A stretch of DNA of 64,000 nt from a virus. The position numbers and the translations under genes are program-made. The DNA lies in IMG/VR virus record IMGVR_UViG_3300025073_000042, positions 15,952-79,951 of that record; one strand, given 5' to 3'. Under the pieces are notes generated by a model. The model was not told the origin of the DNA, made no database searches, and saw nothing but the letters and a program-made list of their open reading frames with translations. Within the stretch, counting starts at the first letter, position 1. Every line of letters begins with the position of its first letter. Shown here piece after piece: positions 8,421 through 17,437 of this stretch.

Positions 8421-8449
8421 ACCAATCACATCCCAAGGAGGGAGCAGAC

Positions 8450-9007
8450 ATGCAGACGTTCAGGGCAAGGATCGAGGGACTGTCGCCGCTGTTGATGCAC
8501 CGCTTCAGCGAGGAAGCGGAGAAGGCCGTTGAGGAGCAGATCAAGACGAAGAAGGCCGATCACGGGACACCGGAGGAGGAGGCCGAACGCGCCGCATATC
8601 GGATCGACGGCCTGAACAGCGAGCTGTACCTGCCGGGCGAGGCGGTCTACCAGTCGCTCGTGAAGGCTGGTGTCGGCTTCGCCGTCCCTGGCGCGCGGGG
8701 GAAGACCTACAAGGATTCTGTGAAGGGCATGGTCGTCATCCAGCCGGAGTGCATTCCGCTCGGCACTGATGAGTACGTCCTCGACTCGCGCCGGGTACGC
8801 ATCCAGCGCGGAACGTGCATGAGGAAGCGCCCTCGCCTCGATCAGTGGGCGGCGGAGTTCGAGGTTATGATCTTGGACGAGGAGGCGTTGCCACCTGCGA
8901 CGCTACTCGCCATCCTGCAGCGCGCCGGTCAGATGGTCGGGGTGCTCGACTATCGTCCGCGCTTCGGGCGCTTCCAGGTGACGCTGTGGGAGCAGGTCGC
9001 GTCGTAG
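8450..9007 (+). CDS. Solo Cas7/RAMP-like RRM-fold protein (Vipr-like)
   Basis: 185 aa with SD AAGGAGG. IEGLSPLLMH (beta1 + His), LYLPGEAVYQSL (PG...L helix) and C-terminal G-rich loop AGQMVGVLDYRPRFGRFQV are RAMP/Cas7 hallmarks. Confidence 0.8.
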   Translation: MQTFRARIEGLSPLLMHRFSEEAEKAVEEQIKTKKADHGTPEEEAERAAYRIDGLNSELYLPGEAVYQSLVKAGVGFAVPGARGKTYKDSVKGMVVIQPECIPLGTDEYVLDSRRVRIQRGTCMRKRPRLDQWAAEFEVMILDEEALPPATLLAILQRAGQMVGVLDYRPRFGRFQVTLWEQVAS

Positions 9008-9042
9008 GTGTTCGATGGTTGCGGCCAAAGCACGGTCGGACG

Positions 9043-9067
9043 AGACCCGCATTCGTGCGGGTCTTTC
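9043..9067 (+). terminator. Intrinsic terminator closing the array/RAMP cassette
   Basis: AGACCCGCA-TTCG-TGCGGGTCT followed by a short T run. Confidence 0.65.
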
Positions 9068-9294
9068 GTCGTCTGGCCCTTGACAAGCCTCGCCCGCCTG
9101 TGCTAAGAGAAGACCGTCGCACCACAACAGAAGCTCGACGGTCCATCGTGTGTCGTGCCTGAAACGTTGCCCTCAGCGGGGGCAGCGTCTCGTCGGAGGC
9201 CCCGGAGGATCGCCGCGTCAAGCGCGTAGGGCTCAACCCCCTGCGCCTCGACGTTCGGCGACCCCGGGGCCGCCGTCATTTCAGGAGGCACGCA

Positions 9295-9795
9295 ATGGAC
9301 AGCACGGCGCTCCGCCCGAAGATCGCCCCGGTCGGCTTGTTCCGCACCGTTACCACCGACGACGACACCCAGAACCTGCCCGCCGTGAACACGTTCGCGC
9401 GCAACCCCGATGGTGCCTACGACTGGTGCCGGGTCTTCGCGCGCGTCTACTTCCACGGCGACGCGGATGCGACGGTCAATCTGCGCTTCGCGACCGGCGT
9501 GCAGGACGGGGTGAACGGCGTCTCCTCGTCCGTGGAGCTGAAGGGTTGGCTCGTCGAGCCCATCGGCGCGTTCGGCGTCGCAGCGGACCTCACGCCGGAT
9601 ACGCCGGTTGTGGCCGACGGCAGCCACCAGCACCAGACGCCCTCGCTGACCGAGGGCTGCTACGCGATCGACGTGCCGGTGTACGGCATGGACCTGTGGG
9701 TCGCGGTGAGCGGGTTCGCGGGCTACCCGACGGCCTACGATCCCGACTCGCAGGTAGAGTTGGCCGGGTGCTTCTTCAACAAGGCTGGTACCTGA
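9295..9795 (+). CDS. Hypothetical virion protein
   Basis: SD AGGAGG; acidic, beta-rich ORF in the head module. Confidence 0.6.
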   Translation: MDSTALRPKIAPVGLFRTVTTDDDTQNLPAVNTFARNPDGAYDWCRVFARVYFHGDADATVNLRFATGVQDGVNGVSSSVELKGWLVEPIGAFGVAADLTPDTPVVADGSHQHQTPSLTEGCYAIDVPVYGMDLWVAVSGFAGYPTAYDPDSQVELAGCFFNKAGT

Positions 9796-9917
9796 TAGGC
9801 TCGCGGGTCTATCGGCAGGGCCGACCCACCGGCCCATAGAGATGGCCTCATGCGATAGAGGCATGATCGGCCTACTCAACTCGTGCGAATGCGCGAGGAG
9901 TGGGGGAGCGGTGAACG

Positions 9918-11912
9918 ATGCCCTGGGCGAGCTACGCAGAAGCGAAGCAGGCGGCACCGGGCTTGGTCTCGGTGCGCCCGAATGCACAGAGCAAACCGCA
10001 GCCCGTCAAGAACAAGGCGGCGCTCGACGCGCTGGCCGCGATGTACGACGCGGTGCAGGCGCGGGGCGGAGTGGACAATCCGGCGGCCGTCGCGAAGGCG
10101 ACGTTCGTCAAGGCCTGGCGGCACAATGGCAAGGGCGTTTGGGCGAAGCACGTCCCGCTGAGCAAGGAGGTCGCCGTGAGCGAGGTACAGGTTCCGTTCG
10201 AGAGTTACGGCCCACTCGTCAAGGCCTACGAAGAGGGCGGCAAGCGGTACGTGGTCATCTCTTGCGCGGACGACGGGCCGGACCTACAGAAGGGCGAGGT
10301 GCGCGGGCAGCGGACCATCGCCGACGTGATCGATCTGACGTTCCTCGAGAAGATGGCGCAGGAGAACGTCGCGAAGGCCGTGCCCCTCGTCGCCACGCAC
10401 GAGGACCCGTTCCAGAACGAGTGCCCGTTGGGCAAGGCGGTGGAGTCCTGGGTCGAGCCCGCCGGTTCGACGCGCTTCGGGAAGAAGCTGGCGCACAACA
10501 CCCTCCTGACGAAGTTCGAGCTGACGGACGGCGACCCCCGCACTGAGGTCCTGTGGAAACAGGGTGCGACGGGTAGCGACGCGCGAGGCACGAGCGTCCA
10601 CGGCGGCATTACGCGGATCGCCGTCGAGCTGGCGAAGAATGCGGCGGGCTACGTGCGTCGCATTCTGGACGGGCACGTCGATCACCACGCCGTCCTCGTC
10701 CCGGGGCGCGCGGCGAATCCACGCATGGGCATGGTGGCTGCCATGAGCAAGGCGCTGCAGGAGTCGGGCGCGGAGATCGCCGTGCCGGACGGGCTAGACA
10801 AGGCCGAGGTGAAGCTCTGGGGGGGCGATGAGTGCATGACTGGCTACGTCAAGACCGAAGATGATGCCTACACGGACCCCTGGCCGGTCGGCTCGAGCTT
10901 CAACGAGACGATAGCGGCCATTCGGATCAAGGTCGAGGCCCCGCGCCTGGCCGGCGTCTTCCGGGCCGTCGTGGATCGTATCATCGCGGCTGACGCGGAC
11001 GACGTGCCGAACAAGGGCGCGGCGCTGGCGAAGGCCGCCGACGAGTACCAGGCGGCGCTCGACCGGCTGATGGCGCAGGGCGACCTGAGCAAGGCGCAGG
11101 CCGACGAACTTGCGGACGAAGCGGCGGCGCTCGTCGAGACCGCCGAGCCGACGACAGAGACCGACGCACAGACCGCGACGGGCTCGCTCGTCGCAGAAGA
11201 CGGCGGCACGGCCGCCAAGGAGGCTACACCGATGGCCGAGCAGACGCTGGAGAAGGCCCTCGACCCGAAGGCGGTTGGGGCCGTGTTCGCGAAGTTCGCC
11301 CGAGCGGTCAACCCGCTGCTGAAGTTGATGGGGGGCGGCGACGAAGACGCGCTGCCCGAGGGGGACGGCGAGGCGACCGTCGAGACGGTCGAGAAGTCGC
11401 TGCAGGAGATGGACGCGGGAGCGGGCCGCTTCGCTCTGCTGTCGAAGGGCTTCATGGCGCAGATGTCGATGGACCCGGCGAGCAAGGCCAAGGCCGACGC
11501 GGAATGCCGGATGAACGAAACGGGTCAGACGCCGCACAAGGGTGCGATGGGCATGGCTCCCGGGGCGATGAGCAAGGAGCAGATCGACGAGTTCGCCGAG
11601 GCGCTCAAGGCGCAGGGCTACGTGCTTGCGAAGGCCGAGGCGCCACCGGTCGTCGCGCCGGTTGTCGCCGATCCCCCCGCCGACGAGATCGAGCGGGTGG
11701 CGAAGCTCCTGGCGAACGAGGGGCTGGTCAAGGCGGCCCTCGGCAAGCTGGATGGCGCGACTCGCGAGGCGCTGAACAAGGCGCTGGGCCCGCAGTCCGC
11801 GCAGCCGCCGGCGGATGCCGGGGCCGAGGACCCGTTCGCCGCGCTGAAGGCGTCGCCCAGGTCGGACGCGGACTTCTACGCGCAGTTCCTGCGGAGCAAG
11901 CAGCCGCAGTAG
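9918..11912 (+). CDS. Prohead protease-scaffold fusion
   Basis: H...GTSVHGG...HHAVLVPGRAANP resembles HK97/XkdF-type protease; acidic Ala-rich helical C-terminus; directly before capsid gene. Confidence 0.7.
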   Translation: MPWASYAEAKQAAPGLVSVRPNAQSKPQPVKNKAALDALAAMYDAVQARGGVDNPAAVAKATFVKAWRHNGKGVWAKHVPLSKEVAVSEVQVPFESYGPLVKAYEEGGKRYVVISCADDGPDLQKGEVRGQRTIADVIDLTFLEKMAQENVAKAVPLVATHEDPFQNECPLGKAVESWVEPAGSTRFGKKLAHNTLLTKFELTDGDPRTEVLWKQGATGSDARGTSVHGGITRIAVELAKNAAGYVRRILDGHVDHHAVLVPGRAANPRMGMVAAMSKALQESGAEIAVPDGLDKAEVKLWGGDECMTGYVKTEDDAYTDPWPVGSSFNETIAAIRIKVEAPRLAGVFRAVVDRIIAADADDVPNKGAALAKAADEYQAALDRLMAQGDLSKAQADELADEAAALVETAEPTTETDAQTATGSLVAEDGGTAAKEATPMAEQTLEKALDPKAVGAVFAKFARAVNPLLKLMGGGDEDALPEGDGEATVETVEKSLQEMDAGAGRFALLSKGFMAQMSMDPASKAKADAECRMNETGQTPHKGAMGMAPGAMSKEQIDEFAEALKAQGYVLAKAEAPPVVAPVVADPPADEIERVAKLLANEGLVKAALGKLDGATREALNKALGPQSAQPPADAGAEDPFAALKASPRSDADFYAQFLRSKQPQ

Positions 11913-12024
11913 CCGTACAGCGGGTCGGACTCACCCTTCGCGGCAACGACGCAGCCTGCGACGCAGCAACGACGGTCCCGCGCGGCGGGACGACCCGACA
12001 CTCGACGCACCTGGAGGGAGACCC

Positions 12025-13431
12025 GTGGACGCAGGCCTCTATGATGCACTGCTGAACAAGGCGCTGACCAGCGCCTCCGACTCGGGTGGAGCGTGGCAGG
12101 ACCACATCTTCAACCCGATCTTGACGGACGCGGCCAAGAAGAAGCGGCCGATCCTGGAGTACCTCAACATCCGCCCGGCGAACGGCAACCCGCACGTCTT
12201 CCGGCGGCGCGACTCGATGCCCTACATGCACTGGCAGGGCGCGGCTGGCACGCCGGTCGCGACGCAGAGCGGCGTCTCCGGCCCGTCGGTCAACCTGAAG
12301 GTCTGCACGGGCAGTGGCGCCGTGGAGAGCTTCCTCATCTCCACCATCGGTCCCGACAACTTCGACGTGGCTTTGGCCGAGGTCATGGGCTTCATCGAGG
12401 GGACCGCGATGCAGGTGTCGGCCTCGGTGCTGTGGGGCGACGCGGGGCTGAGTGCCACGGGCGTTGAGACCTCCGGCAACGGGAACATCTACATGCCCCC
12501 CGGCCTCGATGCGGACACCGGCATCATGCGGATCAACGGGGCCGGGGCGGCGCTCACGGATGCGCTGTTCCAGAAGCTGCTGGACACGACCAACGTTGCG
12601 GGCATGACCGGCAAGCGGTTCGCGATCATGTCCTCGATGATGGCCTCGCGCCTGGAGGCTGTCACGCAGTCGCTCGGCGCGCGGTACATGGTCGATGAGG
12701 AGGGCCTCTACGGCCGCCGGATCAAGAAGTACCGGGACTGCTACATCCTGGAGAGCGACCAGACCCGCCCGCGGGCGGTCATGGGCGCGATCTCCTGCGC
12801 GGGCAGCGACGGAAGCGGCACGCTCTCGAATGGCACGTACTACTACTACGTGGCGCCCGTCACCGCCGAGGGCGAGCAGCTTCGCCAGGCCGCTGAGGCG
12901 GACGTCACCCTCGCCGCCGGCACGGCGACGCAGAAGGTGACGATCACCATCACCGCCTTCCAGTTCTCCGACACCAACGCGTTGTATGCCGATGCCGTGT
13001 ACTACAAGATCTATCGCGGCACGGGTACTGGCGCGGAGGTGCTCGTCGCGACGGTTCCGGCGCTGTCCTACAGCTCGGGCACCGTGAGCGGCGCAGACAC
13101 GACGCTTGTGGATGACGGCACCGCTGACACGCGCGGCGGCGTGACGGGTTCGCTGCCGGGCGGTGTGTCCTCGGCCGACGACGAGCTGACTGGTACGGTG
13201 ACGGCGCCCGAGGAGTGCATCTTCCTCGTGAACGCCGATCCGGCCGACGGCATCGAGATCGCGGCCAGCGCCAACAAGTCGGCGCAGGCCATCGGCGACA
13301 ACGACCTGTTCGGCCTCGTGCGCCTGGGCAAGTCGGCGCTCAACGAGCCGTTCGCGGTGGGGTCGTTCGTCGCTCCGGTCATCAAGCGCGGCGCGTGCCA
13401 CGGTGTCCTGCGGCGCGTGCTCGCGGCGTAG
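12025..13431 (+). CDS. Major capsid protein (HK97 fold) with inserted Ig/FN3-like domain
   Basis: Position after scaffold; SD GGAGG; VLWGD..., IKKYRDCYILESD; insert GTYYYYVAPV...YKIYRGT. Confidence 0.8.
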   Translation: MDAGLYDALLNKALTSASDSGGAWQDHIFNPILTDAAKKKRPILEYLNIRPANGNPHVFRRRDSMPYMHWQGAAGTPVATQSGVSGPSVNLKVCTGSGAVESFLISTIGPDNFDVALAEVMGFIEGTAMQVSASVLWGDAGLSATGVETSGNGNIYMPPGLDADTGIMRINGAGAALTDALFQKLLDTTNVAGMTGKRFAIMSSMMASRLEAVTQSLGARYMVDEEGLYGRRIKKYRDCYILESDQTRPRAVMGAISCAGSDGSGTLSNGTYYYYVAPVTAEGEQLRQAAEADVTLAAGTATQKVTITITAFQFSDTNALYADAVYYKIYRGTGTGAEVLVATVPALSYSSGTVSGADTTLVDDGTADTRGGVTGSLPGGVSSADDELTGTVTAPEECIFLVNADPADGIEIAASANKSAQAIGDNDLFGLVRLGKSALNEPFAVGSFVAPVIKRGACHGVLRRVLAA

Positions 13432-13468
13432 GGTTTCCGGTCCCCCCGACCGGCGCCAGCCAGGGCCA

Positions 13469-13503
13469 GGCCCGGAGCCGAGATGTCGGTCTCGGCTCCG
13501 GGC
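13469..13503 (+). terminator. Strong hairpin after the capsid gene
   Basis: GCCCGGAGCCGAGA / TCTCGGCTCCGGGC inverted repeat; no clear U-tract. Confidence 0.45.
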
Positions 13504-13527
13504 ACACATAACAGAGAGGGGCATGAC

Positions 13528-13887
13528 ATGGAACTCGTGTGGCTGCGCAACAAGCAAGGCGAGATGAGCGGCACCGTCGCCGTCGGCTTCACCGAAGAGG
13601 ACCCCATCGGTCAGCCCGGCGGCGGGCTGGCTTATCGGAACTACCAGATCAAGTACGACTTCAACGGGACCGACGGAGTAGCGATCATCGGCGTGCCGAA
13701 GGAGGCCGTTCCGATGGTCCTCATGATCGGCCCGACCTCGGTTGACATGAAAGCGCGGTCGCTGCGCACGGCGGGCCGCGCCCCTGACTGCGGGAGCATC
13801 TGGGCGGTGTGCGAGAACCAGGCCCCGCCGGCAGCGGTACGCAAGCGCAGCTTCGTGGAGATCGACGGCGTGAGGCAGACGCTCTGA
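13528..13887 (+). CDS. Hypothetical protein
   Basis: SD-like AGAGAGGGG; TGATG coupling to next gene. Confidence 0.6.
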   Translation: MELVWLRNKQGEMSGTVAVGFTEEDPIGQPGGGLAYRNYQIKYDFNGTDGVAIIGVPKEAVPMVLMIGPTSVDMKARSLRTAGRAPDCGSIWAVCENQAPPAAVRKRSFVEIDGVRQTL

Positions 13888-14579
13888 TGGGCAACCTCTG
13901 CTCTGAGGCCGACGTGAGGCAGCGTGTCCAACGGTGGGTCCTCGCCGCCTTCCTGGCGACAGACCTGCAGGACAATGCCGCCTACCTCGTCGGCGCGGGG
14001 GGAAGCACGGGACTCGGCCTCATCGTGCGCTGGTCGGCGCAATTCGAGTTCGATTGTGGGCGCACCATAGACGACGCCAGCGAGACGATCACGCTAGACG
14101 GCACGGGGACCAACGAGATCATCCTGCCGAAGAAGTACACGCCCATCATCTCCATCTCGGGGATCGTGTACTCCGGAATCGGGACGGCGGTCACGAACTA
14201 CGGCTACGACGCGGCATCGGGGCGCATCTGGCTGAAGGAGGACATCTTCACCCAGTTGACCGACGCCACGCAGTTCGGCGTGCTGCGTCCGGACTTGCCG
14301 CGCTGGCCGGCGGGCCGTAGTAACATCACGATCACGCTCAGCTACGGGCACGCCTCTATCCCGGTCGTCGTGCGGGGAGCCGTGGCGGATCGTGTCGCGG
14401 CGGACGTCCTGATCGAGGATCGGGCTCGCCGCGACCGTGGCTTGACGAGCAAGGCCCTTGGGGACCGCTCCGAGTCCTACGGGAAGGGCCGCTGGAACGA
14501 CGAGGTGGACAAGCTGGTGCGGAACTACGAGCAGGCCGTGCGCGGTTACATGAGTCTCGTAACGGCGGGGGTGGCCTAA
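13887..14579 (+). CDS. Head-tail connector/adaptor protein
   Basis: ETITLDG.G, P.GR.NI.IT..YG...IP..V and SK.LGD.SESY, typical of adaptors. Confidence 0.75.
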   Translation: MGNLCSEADVRQRVQRWVLAAFLATDLQDNAAYLVGAGGSTGLGLIVRWSAQFEFDCGRTIDDASETITLDGTGTNEIILPKKYTPIISISGIVYSGIGTAVTNYGYDAASGRIWLKEDIFTQLTDATQFGVLRPDLPRWPAGRSNITITLSYGHASIPVVVRGAVADRVAADVLIEDRARRDRGLTSKALGDRSESYGKGRWNDEVDKLVRNYEQAVRGYMSLVTAGVA

Positions 14580-14580
14580 C

Positions 14581-14976
14581 GTGGCGACTGACTGGAGCGG
14601 CTACTCGGGCGACTGGCAGTTCGCCGACTGGGAGAACGAGGTCTTGGCGGTCAGCGCCCGGCCAGCGACGGGCCACACGCTCACGTCGCTGGCGACGGGC
14701 GTCGCCGCGAAGGCGGACGGAGAGAAGCAGGGCCTGGGGCTCAGCGGGGCGGGGACGGCGTTCGGGGCCTATGAGCGGAAGTTCTTCTTCGCGGCGGCGT
14801 ACCGCAACGCGGCGGGATCGACGCTCAACCCGCGCAGCGATTCGGGAAACGACCTGCTGGCGCTGGGCAACGTCCTCACCGACGCGGACGGGCGCGAGTG
14901 GGGGATCACGTCGGTCGTCGATCCGGGCGGGGCGGCGGAGCACTACGAAGTCACGGCCACGAGGCGCATGAGCTGA
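14581..14976 (+). CDS. Putative head-closure (stopper) protein
   Basis: Synteny; C-terminal G..LTD.DG.EW.ITSV. Confidence 0.55.
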   Translation: MATDWSGYSGDWQFADWENEVLAVSARPATGHTLTSLATGVAAKADGEKQGLGLSGAGTAFGAYERKFFFAAAYRNAAGSTLNPRSDSGNDLLALGNVLTDADGREWGITSVVDPGGAAEHYEVTATRRMS

Positions 14977-15557
14977 TGCCCTACACGCCGACGCGACAAC
15001 TGTTGAGCGGGGGAAGCGGGCTGGCGGGGAGCCGTTGGGGCTACCTCGCGCGGCGCGGCTTCGAGCTGCGGGTGGCGAGTAACCTGCGCAGCATCGAAAG
15101 CAAGCAGCGCGTCGTGAGTAAGGTCGCCGCCGACCTGCCGAAGGACGTGCTCAACGAGGTCGCCGACTGGGAACTGCAGCGCGCGATTCAGTATAGCAGC
15201 GGCGGACGGACCTACGCCGAACTGCGCCAGTACCGCCCGGGGCTTTACTCGGTGCGGCGGCCGGCGCGGCGGGATGACCACATTATCAACACCCACACGG
15301 GCACGTTCCGCGCGGGATGGCGCAAGCGCCCGGTGCGACGAACCGGGGACACCTTCACGATCAGCCTGTTCAATGTCGGCATGAAGGTCGCGGCGTGGCT
15401 CTTGCTGGGGACGCGCAAGATGCGCGAGCGGCCGTTGCTGCGCAAGGTCGCCGACGAGGCGCGGCCTCAGATCAACAAGGCGATGACCCGCGCGCGGATG
15501 CGCCTGCTGCGCGCGGCGCGCAGGTCGGGCTTCGGCTACATGGAGCGGTTCAACTGA
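14976..15557 (+). CDS. Neck protein (HK97 gp10-like)
   Basis: TGTFRAGW...GTRKMRERPLL motif. Confidence 0.7.
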   Translation: MPYTPTRQLLSGGSGLAGSRWGYLARRGFELRVASNLRSIESKQRVVSKVAADLPKDVLNEVADWELQRAIQYSSGGRTYAELRQYRPGLYSVRRPARRDDHIINTHTGTFRAGWRKRPVRRTGDTFTISLFNVGMKVAAWLLLGTRKMRERPLLRKVADEARPQINKAMTRARMRLLRAARRSGFGYMERFN

Positions 15558-16021
15558 TGGCACGTCGCTGGGCGCCGGTCCCCATCGGGACGTATCTGGA
15601 GAACCTGCAGTCGATCCTGCAGGCTCAGATGCCGGGGCGGCTGGTGACGGCGGGACTACCGGCGGTCGTGACCTGGACGTACCAGGACGTGATGTTCGAT
15701 TCGGACGACAAGCTGCCCCAGGTCTGCGTAGGCGCGAAGTGGGTGCATCGCCCGAAGGGCGGCGGGGGCAGCTTCGAGCCCATCTACTCGACGGAGATCA
15801 TCTGCGCGTTCCCTTGGCTGGGGACGGGCGACGGCTACAAGGACGGGGCGGCGATGGCGTCGATTGCCGAGGCGCTCGTATACTACAACATCGGCAACGG
15901 CTACGAGGACGTGGTGGAGCGCACGGGGGTCGGCATGGCGGCGGGCTGGCGCGAGAGTCCTCCGCTGTGGCAGGGCGGGGTGTGGCGCGGCGAAGTGGTC
16001 GGCAGCCTGCTGTACTTCTGA
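15557..16021 (+). CDS. Putative tail terminator
   Basis: Synteny before tail tube; size. Confidence 0.55.
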   Translation: MARRWAPVPIGTYLENLQSILQAQMPGRLVTAGLPAVVTWTYQDVMFDSDDKLPQVCVGAKWVHRPKGGGGSFEPIYSTEIICAFPWLGTGDGYKDGAAMASIAEALVYYNIGNGYEDVVERTGVGMAAGWRESPPLWQGGVWRGEVVGSLLYF

Positions 16022-16030
16022 GAGGGCATC

Positions 16031-16483
16031 ATGCGGAAGTACAAGACGGTCGAGGAACCGGAAACGCTGATGGCCGATGAGGACGCGCTCGCCGAAGAGC
16101 CCGTCTCCGAAGCGCCGTCGTCCGTCGCGTCTGAAGCGCCGGTCGAGGTTGTCCCGGATCTCCCGCAGCCCGACCTGCGCCCGAAGCCGCGACTCGACTT
16201 GGCCTTCGTGGCGGCCGAGATCGCGGCGGGTCGCACGCCGTACTGCCCCCAGTGCGGCGAGGCGCTCACGACGGTTCCGATCCCCGGGGCGCTGTTGGCG
16301 CGCGGCTTCGAGCGGCCTGACCCGGAGGACCATCGCTGCGACCCGGCGCGTCTCGCGCGGTTGACGCGGGCGAGGTCATTCCAGACGCGGCCCGGCGAGA
16401 CGTCGCTGGAAGCTCGTCGGCGGAAAGCGGCGGCTACAGAGACCTACACCCGGCCGGCCCCTGAAGAGGCCGAGCTGTTCTAA
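16031..16483 (+). CDS. Hypothetical protein with CxxC
   Basis: YCPQCG; SD-like GAGAGGG. Confidence 0.55.
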   Translation: MRKYKTVEEPETLMADEDALAEEPVSEAPSSVASEAPVEVVPDLPQPDLRPKPRLDLAFVAAEIAAGRTPYCPQCGEALTTVPIPGALLARGFERPDPEDHRCDPARLARLTRARSFQTRPGETSLEARRRKAAATETYTRPAPEEAELF

Positions 16484-16499
16484 ACCGGAGGCCTGAGAC

Positions 16500-17372
16500 A
16501 TGGCACACGAACGCGGGCACAAGGGGCTGCTGTACTACGCGACGCAGAGCGGGAAGGGCACTCCGACCGCTCCGACGCTGCCCGTCGGGGTGTGGGAGAA
16601 CCTCCGCGCCCGAACCATCGGCGGGCTGCGGGCGGTGCGCAGCGCCGGCGCGCGCCGGATCGTGGACTTGGTGGAGGACATGACGGGCGTCGAACTGTCC
16701 TTCGACATTCCGAACGTCCAGGCGTCCACCGAGCAGGCGGCGCTGCTCAACCTTGGGATCGCGCTGGGCAGCGGCGGGACCACGGCGCTGACCTACCTGA
16801 CCGTGGGCTTCGGAACGGCGACCGCCGACAAGCATGTCGAGGACACGAAGATCGACTCCATCAGCCTGTCCGGCGACAACGAGGGCGCGTTCAGCGCCTC
16901 GGTTACGGCGATGGGCGGAAAGGTCGGGGAGCCGACGTTGACCTCGCCGCAGACGTACCTGAGCGACGCCTTCCTACAGATGCACGAGGCGGTCTACTCA
17001 CGCTTCGAGCTGGCGTCGTTCCGCTGTGAGCTGCGCAACAACCTCGTGATGAAGCCGGTCATCGCCGGACCGGCCACGACCCGCGACCCGGGGAGAGTCT
17101 GGGACTACCTCACCGAGGGGCCCGAGGACATCAGCGGCAGCTACGGCGTCTACAACACCTCGGGCGAGGATCTGCAGGCGAACGAGATTACGGCGGTCTC
17201 GCCGACGCTGCGCTTTGTGGACAAGGGCGCGGCGGTCGATGAGCTGCTCATCACGATCACCACGCAGAAGTCGGGCGACGAGACGGAGACCATCCCCGGC
17301 GCCGACGGCGACGTGGAGCGCGAGGTGACGTGGATCGGGACGAGCCTGGCAATCGCGGCGACCGAGTATTGA
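16500..17372 (+). CDS. Major tail tube protein
   Basis: 290 aa, acidic and Thr-rich; IDSISLSG and ELRNNL motifs; position before chaperones and tape measure. Confidence 0.75.
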   Translation: MAHERGHKGLLYYATQSGKGTPTAPTLPVGVWENLRARTIGGLRAVRSAGARRIVDLVEDMTGVELSFDIPNVQASTEQAALLNLGIALGSGGTTALTYLTVGFGTATADKHVEDTKIDSISLSGDNEGAFSASVTAMGGKVGEPTLTSPQTYLSDAFLQMHEAVYSRFELASFRCELRNNLVMKPVIAGPATTRDPGRVWDYLTEGPEDISGSYGVYNTSGEDLQANEITAVSPTLRFVDKGAAVDELLITITTQKSGDETETIPGADGDVEREVTWIGTSLAIAATEY

Positions 17373-17384
17373 GTCTCCTGACGA

Positions 17385-17404
17385 CCTGCCTGCCGGCAGG
17401 CAGG
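17385..17404. repeat. 20-bp palindrome CCTGCCTGCCGGCAGGCAGG (copy 1)
   Basis: Perfect palindrome; identical copy at 50448-50467. Confidence 0.9.
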
Positions 17405-17437
17405 CGGGCGGCGCACACAGAGAGGAGCATCGACATC

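Noticed and set aside
7913-8544. ORFs across the pentamer array (e.g. 7913-8227 +, 7931-8323 -, 8244-8429 -, and the 8360 upstream extension)
   Set aside because: Low-complexity translations without SD; a 5-nt period does not fit coding structure. The real start is ATG 8450 behind AAGGAGG.
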